From the NCBI GenBank assembly GCA_964528305.1, contig CAZGSD010000002.1, forward strand, positions 93,409 to 157,408: a DNA stretch of 64,000 nucleotides. Reading direction: 5' to 3'. The notes beneath the pieces are model-generated. The model ran no database searches. It saw nothing but the letters and a program-made list of their open reading frames with translations, and was not told where the DNA came from. Every line of letters begins with the position of its first letter. Position 1 is the first letter of the stretch. Shown piece after piece: positions 28,288-34,345 of this stretch. The position numbers were made by a program, and so were the translations under genes. Source of the stretch: an uncultured Candidatus Peribacteria bacterium (GTDB taxonomy: Bacteria; Patescibacteriota; Gracilibacteria; UBA1369).

Positions 28288-29404
28288 GTAGACGGCGCTG
28301 TCTATAATCGGCAATTTCTTTCAGCGTCTTTTCAATAGAGTCAGTCAATTCTGGAAATACACCTTTATACAAATCACCATGCCAACGCAAAACAGCAGTT
28401 ATATTCTCCATAGATAAAGAATCCACATTTCGCATTAATAAACGCAATTTTTCCCTTCTATAGCGACTAATTATCTCCTGCCACGAAGCATCAGTAAACA
28501 CTCTATGAAGTATTCTCAAACTTTCAATTTGCGCAAAAGACAGTCCCTCAGCCATGACAGTGTCAAAACCCAGCATCTTAAACACGCTCTCTACCTGATC
28601 AGAGGCCAGCAGCAGTCTTTCAAGCCCAGCTCCATCCACAACAAGACACCTATCCCATGACCGCACATCAGTCACATAGTTAATCCCATCCCTATTCACC
28701 ACTACTGGAAACCATAACAAACACTCTATGGTGGCAATATCCAAATAGGATCCATTATCTAATTTATATAAAATTTCATTCCTATATCCCCAGGGAGCCA
28801 CTGTCACATCCCAATTACTAGTCAAAAAAGTATCTCTAGAATGATCCGGCTGCATCTGATCAGCAGTTAAACCAGCCTCCAACCAATACTTATACCACGG
28901 ATCAGCCGGTATTTCGAAATCAGCTTCAATTTTCAAATGACTACCAGATTTTTTAGCACCAGCTTCAACTTGCCTAGCAACCACATGGCCAGCACAATAA
29001 CTCACCAATAACCGCTCTTTTTTAAGACCAACATAATCAGTTAAAAATTTCATCACCCCAAATACAGAATTTCTATACAACCCTTCCGCCTCACTTCTAG
29101 CCATAATATGACCACCATTAATGGTTGTCATGGTAAACAAGCCCAAATGATGTGGCGATTTATCTTTCGAACTAAAATAATGTTGAAAATCAGCCAAGCG
29201 TATCGATGGCTGAATTTTCAAAAAATGTTCATCATCATAGATATTTACAAAATCCCCATATTTCTCATAAATATGAATCTCATCCAAACAATAATTAAAT
29301 TGTCCAGGAAACAAAGGAGAGACCACACTACTCCTCTCTATAGTAGGCCAAGGCAAAGTATTGTGATATAACTTCAACACCCCCAACATTGCGGCCAAAT
29401 CCAT
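28280..29404 (-). CDS. divergent stand-alone homolog of the class IIc alanyl-tRNA synthetase catalytic core
   Basis: By-eye alignment to E. coli AlaRS residues ~1-400: QPSIR vs QRCVR, [10 protein letters not shown] vs [18 protein letters not shown] vs [25 protein letters not shown] vs [31 protein letters not shown] vs VDTGMGLERIA. Many catalytic positions are changed. Confidence 0.5.
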   Translation of the reverse strand: [374 protein letters not shown]

Positions 29405-29427
29405 ACATTTAAATAAAAATCCCGAAT

Positions 29428-29436
29428 ACTATATCA
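29428..29436 (-). promoter_or_regulatory. extended -10 box TGATATAGT upstream of the AlaRS-like gene
   Basis: The reverse complement of actatatca is TGATATAGT, 24 nt upstream of the ATG at 29404. Confidence 0.4.
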
Positions 29437-29446
29437 TAAAACTATA

Positions 29447-30028
29447 TCACCACCAGACCTTTTTCCAACCGATTAAATAAGCCAGTAAATTGGCCCCCAA
29501 ATGCAACAGGGGAGTGATGAGCAGTGCAGCAATCAAAACCGGCCAGGTTATTTGCCATGAAATCAAAAGTCCTGACCATATCCAGGCCCCAATAATAAAA
29601 TCCACTTGATCAAAAATCAGCCAGACCCGCCCGGGCGCAATATTTAAACGTCTTTTAAAAAAACTTTTGGCGACGTCTCCACTGATAGCCGCCAACCCCA
29701 AACCTCCACCAATCAGCAAAGCTATCCACCAATTTCCCCACCAGCCAGCCATTACTCCCATCCATTCATATCCACCTCCAAACAGCCCCATCAACCACAA
29801 AACCACTCCACCAAAAGCCCCACCCAGAGCAGCACTCAGCACCCCCGCCCACGTCTTATGATCACCCAAAACCCTTTTCCCACGCCACATCGCCCCACCG
29901 TCCAGCGGTAGCCAAAGCCCCTTAAACATACCCAGCCCATGCAACACCACCGGCGCCGCATTACCCAGATAAGCCGGTAAAAACAGTAGCAACACCTCAA
30001 TCAATATCCGTCCGAAATCATTTAGCAT
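29447..30028 (-). CDS. CarS-family (CDP-archaeol synthase-like, DUF46) integral membrane CTP-transferase
   Basis: FLPAYLGNAAPVV...PLDGG..WRGKRVLGDHKTWAGVL matches the CarS pattern LPAY.AN..PV...P.D.G....G.R.LGD.KTW.G. There are five or so TM helices. Confidence 0.7.
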   Translation of the reverse strand: MLNDFGRILIEVLLLFLPAYLGNAAPVVLHGLGMFKGLWLPLDGGAMWRGKRVLGDHKTWAGVLSAALGGAFGGVVLWLMGLFGGGYEWMGVMAGWWGNWWIALLIGGGLGLAAISGDVAKSFFKRRLNIAPGRVWLIFDQVDFIIGAWIWSGLLISWQITWPVLIAALLITPLLHLGANLLAYLIGWKKVWW

Positions 30029-30596
30029 AATACAAATCCACTATGGAAAATAAATTAGTAATAGACAGCACAACAGCCCAAAACAGCAAAACAGGATCCA
30101 GAATATTCCCACCACCCAGCCAGACCACCAGCCAAGCAAAATAAACAAAATATTTACTAAAAGAAAAAGGATAACGCCCAACTTCAATACCAAAACGCAA
30201 ATAATTCACGAAATAACTAACCACTATTTGCAGCATATAAAAGGCTGCCCAAAAAGCATCAGCCAAACCCCAAAAAATCAACCCCAGCATCAGCGGCACC
30301 ACATAAAAATTATCTATACAAACATCCAACGCCCGCCCCCGAATGCTAGCCCGCCCGGACACTCTAGCCAACACACCATCCACTCCATCCAGCAAATAAT
30401 TAGCCAGTAAAATCACCAGCACCAGCCAGGGAGCATACCCCAAAGCAAAAAACATCGGCACCACCAAACAGGCTCGAAACCAGGACACTTGATCGGCAGT
30501 TACCCCCACAGACAAGAGGCCTTTGGCCGGTTTATCCAGGACCCTATCCCTCCAAATTTTGGCCGAATTATAATACCATAGTAAATCTTTTTTCAT
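30018..30596 (-). CDS. CDP-alcohol phosphatidyltransferase
   Basis: Complete D(x)2DG(x)2AR(x)8G(x)3D(x)3D motif: LDGVDGVLARVSGRASIRGRALDVCID. It overlaps the CarS-like gene by 11 nt. Confidence 0.85.
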   Translation of the reverse strand: MKKDLLWYYNSAKIWRDRVLDKPAKGLLSVGVTADQVSWFRACLVVPMFFALGYAPWLVLVILLANYLLDGVDGVLARVSGRASIRGRALDVCIDNFYVVPLMLGLIFWGLADAFWAAFYMLQIVVSYFVNYLRFGIEVGRYPFSFSKYFVYFAWLVVWLGGGNILDPVLLFWAVVLSITNLFSIVDLYYAK

Positions 30597-30646
30597 CTAT
30601 AAAAATTCAAGACAACCACAGCATAATCAATCTCATCAGAAATGTC

Positions 30647-30675
30647 TTGTCTTTTTGGCCAAAAATTCCTAGAAT
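30647..30675 (+). promoter_or_regulatory. sigma70-type promoter TTGTCT-17-TAGAAT for tRNA-Met
   Basis: ttgtct ttttggccaaaaattcc tagaat, followed by 12 nt and then tRNA position 1. Confidence 0.55.
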
Positions 30676-30687
30676 ACGCCAGTATTC

Positions 30688-30764
30688 GGCTGGGTAGCTC
30701 AGTTGGTTAGAGCGTGGGACTCATAAGCCCAAGGTCGAGAGTTCGATTCTCTCCCCAGCCACCA
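30688..30764 (+). tRNA. tRNA with CAU anticodon, elongator Met type (tRNA-Ile2/lysidine cannot be excluded), CCA encoded
   Basis: GGCTGGGTAGCTCAGTTGGTTAGAGCGTGGGACTCATAAGCCCAAGGTCGAGAGTTCGATTCTCTCCCCAGCCACCA. The 1-72 pair is G-C, so it is not an initiator. Confidence 0.85.
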
Positions 30765-30857
30765 AGAACAAGACGCCTCATTAAAAAGGCTCTTTTAAAG
30801 AATATTATAAAAGCACCTCCACGCAAGCTATAACACATCAAAAAATCCTTTTAATTC

Positions 30858-30932
30858 TGGTTGCGGGGGTTGGATTCGAACCAACGACCTCCGGGTTATG
30901 AGCCCGACGAGCTGCCTCTGCTCTACCCCGCG
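30858..30932 (-). tRNA. initiator tRNA-fMet (CAU), CCA encoded
   Basis: The reverse complement CGCGGGGTAGAGCAGAGGCAGCTCGTCGGGCTCATAACCCGGAGGTCGTTGGTTCGAATCCAACCCCCGCAACCA has a C1/A72 mismatch and GGG/CCC in the anticodon stem. It is near-identical to E. coli tRNA-fMet. Confidence 0.9.
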
Positions 30933-30942
30933 TTGCCCGTAG

Positions 30943-30971
30943 AATCTACTGCAAAGAATAGTTTCTGTCAA
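30943..30971 (-). promoter_or_regulatory. sigma70-type promoter TTGACA-17-TAGATT for tRNA-fMet, embedded in the 3' end of the upstream CDS
   Basis: The minus strand reads ttgaca gaaactattctttgcag tagatt, followed by 10 nt and then tRNA position 1. Confidence 0.55.
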
Positions 30972-31356
30972 AGAAAAAGACCCACCATTTCTGCCCATTA
31001 CTGAGCCCCGCCAAATTACTATCCCGCTCATCCTGTAGAGACTGAAGCCCATCCGTTACCGGTGCCTGATTAGAAAGTATAATCACCTCCTCACCCGGAT
31101 TGACCAAACCAAGATTTTGCTTAGCAATCTTTTCTATATAATTAGAAGAAGTGAAATATTCATAATCTTCTGACTTCTGACGATTTTCAGACTCTATCCT
31201 GCGATTTTCAGATTCAAAATCAGCTATCACCCGGTCAATCTGATAACCACGATAAACCGATACGGTCAAAGTATTAAGCAGATAAATAACCAAAATCAGC
31301 TCTACAACTATCACTAATTTTGCTATATTCGAGGTCGGACTAAACTTAAAAGGCAT
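30946..31356 (-). CDS. FtsB/DivIC-like septum formation initiator (single TM helix plus coiled coil)
   Basis: TM helix IAKLVIVVELILVIYLL, then a coiled coil and YIEKIAKQNLGLVNPGEEVI, a typical family ending. I prefer the ATG at 31356 over the TTG at 31374. Confidence 0.6.
   Translation of the reverse strand: MPFKFSPTSNIAKLVIVVELILVIYLLNTLTVSVYRGYQIDRVIADFESENRRIESENRQKSEDYEYFTSSNYIEKIAKQNLGLVNPGEEVIILSNQAPVTDGLQSLQDERDSNLAGLSNGQKWWVFFFDRNYSLQ
31321..31329 (+). promoter_or_regulatory. extended -10 box TGCTATATT for murC, located inside the divergent ftsB-like CDS
   Basis: tgctatatt lies 34 nt upstream of the ATG at 31363. Confidence 0.4.
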
Positions 31357-31362
31357 AACCCA

Positions 31363-32760
31363 ATGTCTCATCAAACTTTAAAAGCTTTCCAAAAATACCA
31401 GAACATTCATTTTATTGGAATTGGCGGAATAGGAATAAGTGCTCTTGCTAGAATTTTGGCCAGGACAGGCCATCATATTACCGGATCAGACAACAGCACC
31501 AGCCACAACAGTGAATTACTTCAACAAGAAGGGATTATCCTTCACTCTGTGCATCAGGCGGAAAACATTCCACCACAAACCAACTTAGTGATACACACCA
31601 CGGCTATAGCCGATGATAATGTTGAGTTGCAGGCAGCTCGAAACAGGGGACTCACTATACTGACTTACCCACAGGCCATTGGTTTACTCACTAAGTCCTA
31701 TCGCAGTATTTGTATAGCAGGCACACATGGCAAAACCACCACCACGGCCATGCTGGGACTGATGATGGCAGCAGAACAAACGGATCCAACGGTCATTGTC
31801 GGAAGTCTGATCAAAGAGTTTGATCAGAAAAATGAAAGGCTAGGCAAGTCTCCTTGGCTGGTATTGGAATCCTGTGAATACAAAGACGCTTTTCTCAATT
31901 ATCAACCAGAAATAATTGTACTTACCTGTATTGATCCCGAACATCTGGATTATTTTAAAACAACAGAAAATTACCTGCAGGCTTTCATCAACTTCCTGTC
32001 CCGGCTGCCAGAAACAGGTGTATTGATAGCCAATATAGACGATGCCAATATCAAAAAAATTATTCAAGAAAATAACTGGAAATTCTCAATCATCACCTAT
32101 GGCACATCGCCCATAGCTGATTTTCAATTAAACCAGCATCAATTAAAATTACCATCCGGAAAAACATTAGAAGTAAATTTATCAATTCCCGGCCAACACA
32201 ATTTACACAATGCCTCAGCTGCTCTGACCGCATTACTACATCTACAGGGAAACAACACAGCGCCAAAACAGGCCCTAACTGCTTTAAACAACTTTCGTGG
32301 AGCCGCACGACGCTTCGAAATCAAAGGCCAACTTGGTAAAACTACGATTATAGACGACTACGCCCACACTCCCATGGAAATCCAGGCCACCATGCAGGGA
32401 GCTAGAGAACGGTTTGGCACAGAAGCAAAAATATTAGTTATCTTTCAGCCCCACCAATATTCCCGAACACATTTTTTCCTCAAAGAATTCGGACAATCTT
32501 TCCAAAACGCCGACCATGTATTCATCCCCAACATTTACCGCACCCGCGACAGTGAAGAAGATGTAAGCAAAGTCAACGTTGATCTATTGGTAGCAGAAAT
32601 CAACAAAAATCACCCCACCACCGCCCGCGCCTCCAACACCCACAGCCTCCCTGAAACATTACAAAAAACCCTCTCCATCGCCACACAATTTGACGTAATC
32701 CTCACCATCGGCGCGGGCGACATCACCAAACTCAGCGATCAGATTCTCTCAAGCTCCTGA
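31363..32760 (+). CDS. murC: UDP-N-acetylmuramate--L-alanine ligase
   Basis: IHFIGIGGIGISALARIL, CIAGTHGKTTTTAM, and the Mur ligase middle and C-terminal domains (DDYAHTP). Confidence 0.9.
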   Translation: MSHQTLKAFQKYQNIHFIGIGGIGISALARILARTGHHITGSDNSTSHNSELLQQEGIILHSVHQAENIPPQTNLVIHTTAIADDNVELQAARNRGLTILTYPQAIGLLTKSYRSICIAGTHGKTTTTAMLGLMMAAEQTDPTVIVGSLIKEFDQKNERLGKSPWLVLESCEYKDAFLNYQPEIIVLTCIDPEHLDYFKTTENYLQAFINFLSRLPETGVLIANIDDANIKKIIQENNWKFSIITYGTSPIADFQLNQHQLKLPSGKTLEVNLSIPGQHNLHNASAALTALLHLQGNNTAPKQALTALNNFRGAARRFEIKGQLGKTTIIDDYAHTPMEIQATMQGARERFGTEAKILVIFQPHQYSRTHFFLKEFGQSFQNADHVFIPNIYRTRDSEEDVSKVNVDLLVAEINKNHPTTARASNTHSLPETLQKTLSIATQFDVILTIGAGDITKLSDQILSSS

Positions 32761-34142
32761 GACCCATCTGGAGAGTCTTTCACCACATATCCTAAGCCTT
32801 TAATTGCTTCACGCAAGCGATCTGATTCAGCAAAATCTTTTTTCTGTCGAGCCAGCCCTCTCTCCGCTAATAATTTTGTCAATTCAATATCCACCACCAT
32901 TTCAGATTCAACCACATCCAACCCCAATCCAAACACTCGATCAAAATCCAAAACCGTCGCCAATTTAACAGCATCACTCAAATCAGACTTCAAAACTTCC
33001 CACAATACGCCCAAAGCCTCCGCTGTATTTAAATCATTATTAATAACTTCCATAAATTTAGCCCGATACGACGCATCAATCTCACCCGGAGCAACAAGTT
33101 TCTGCAGTTCCGTAACCTTACGACGCAACCTCTTCAATGCCGTCTGCGCCCCCTCCAAAGCCTCCCAGGTGAAATTCAACTGAATTCGATAATGCGTTCC
33201 CAAATTCAAATAACGAAAAGCCAAAGGATCAAAACCTTTATCAATCACATCCTGCACTAGATAAGCATTCCCTTCAGATTTCCCCATACGTCGACCATCC
33301 ACCATCATAAATTCTCCATGCAGCCAGTAATTCACATATTTCTCACCGTTAGCCGCTTCACTCTGAGCTATCTCATTTTCATGATGTATGGCTATGTGAT
33401 CAACCCCACCACAATGCACATCAAAATGCCTCCCCAAATATTTCATACTCATGGCACTACACTCTATATGCCAACCAGGAAAGCCTTTACGCCCCCAAGG
33501 AGAATCCCATTCCATCTGACGTTTCTCTCCCGCAGGCGTAAATTTCCAAAGAGCAAAATCAAAAGGATTTCTCTTATCTTCATTCAATTCCACTCGAGCC
33601 CCAACTTTTTTTTCAGCCAATTTTTGCCCGGATAATTTCCCATAATCCTGCCATTTACTGACATCAAAATAAATTCCATCAGAAGTTTGATAAGCATATC
33701 CCTTCTTTTCCAAATCAACCACCATAGCCAACTGTTCCTCAATATGATCAGTAGCACGAGGCATCAAAGCCGCTTTTTCAACATTTAATTTTCGGAGATC
33801 CGTCTCAAAAGCTTCTGTATAAAACCGGGCTATTTCCCAAGCATCACGCCCCTCCTTACGAGCAGCTTTCTCCATTCTATCCTCTCCACTATCTGCATCT
33901 CCCAAATTATCTCCGGTCAAATGCCCCACATCAGTAATATTCACAATCTGTTTCACCACCAAATCGTTATATTCAAACATTCGGCGCAAAATATCTTCAA
34001 ACAGATACATTCGCATATTTCCTAAATGCGCATAAGCATAAACAGTCGGTCCACAGCAATACATGGCCACCTTACCCGATTCAAGAGGAACAAATTCCTG
34101 CATTGACCGCCCCAAAGTATTAAAAAGTTTAATTGAATTCAT
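32739..34142 (-). CDS. cysS: cysteine--tRNA ligase
   Basis: CGPTVYAYAHLGNMR (HIGH region), GWHIECSAM (zinc site) and RMGKSEGN (KMSKS). The 3' end overlaps murC by 22 nt. Confidence 0.95.
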   Translation of the reverse strand: MNSIKLFNTLGRSMQEFVPLESGKVAMYCCGPTVYAYAHLGNMRMYLFEDILRRMFEYNDLVVKQIVNITDVGHLTGDNLGDADSGEDRMEKAARKEGRDAWEIARFYTEAFETDLRKLNVEKAALMPRATDHIEEQLAMVVDLEKKGYAYQTSDGIYFDVSKWQDYGKLSGQKLAEKKVGARVELNEDKRNPFDFALWKFTPAGEKRQMEWDSPWGRKGFPGWHIECSAMSMKYLGRHFDVHCGGVDHIAIHHENEIAQSEAANGEKYVNYWLHGEFMMVDGRRMGKSEGNAYLVQDVIDKGFDPLAFRYLNLGTHYRIQLNFTWEALEGAQTALKRLRRKVTELQKLVAPGEIDASYRAKFMEVINNDLNTAEALGVLWEVLKSDLSDAVKLATVLDFDRVFGLGLDVVESEMVVDIELTKLLAERGLARQKKDFAESDRLREAIKGLGYVVKDSPDGSQELERI

Positions 34143-34163
34143 AAAACATCAAAAAGTGGCCCC

Positions 34164-34202
34164 AGTTTATCAGGCAGCCACTCAAAAATCCATATTTTAT
34201 CA
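34164..34202 (-). promoter_or_regulatory. two tandem extended -10 boxes (TGATAAAAT and TGATAAACT) upstream of cysS
   Basis: The minus strand reads cctgataaaat (34194-34202) and cctgataaact (34164-34172), 52 and 21 nt before the ATG. Confidence 0.4.
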
Positions 34203-34222
34203 GGACCTTACCCCTCTACTTT

Positions 34223-34345
34223 AAGGAAGCTCTAAAAATCAGTTTTTACAAGGCGTCAAAAAAAAACTGAGGAGACAGTGTGCGTTACACGGCGACGATG
34301 ATTTTTTGAAGACAACGCAGTAAAAACTAATTTTTAGAGCTTCCT
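34223..34345. repeat. 123-nt element with 26-nt terminal inverted repeats; long hairpin after the surface-protein gene
   Basis: aaggaagctctaaaaatcagttttta (34223-34248) against taaaaactaatttttagagcttcctt (34320-34345). The single non-complementary position is a G-U pair in the minus-strand RNA. The inner tcaaaaaa/ttttttga stem extends the hairpin. Confidence 0.8.

Noticed and set aside
30828-31052. 74-aa ORF on the minus strand.
   Set aside because: It runs straight through the initiator tRNA-fMet gene (30858-30932) and its promoter.
34143-34333. Possible T-box riboswitch upstream of cysS.
   Set aside because: I could not find the conserved T-box sequence, a specifier loop presenting UGC, or the stem I architecture. 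The region is better explained by a long terminator hairpin plus tandem -10 boxes.
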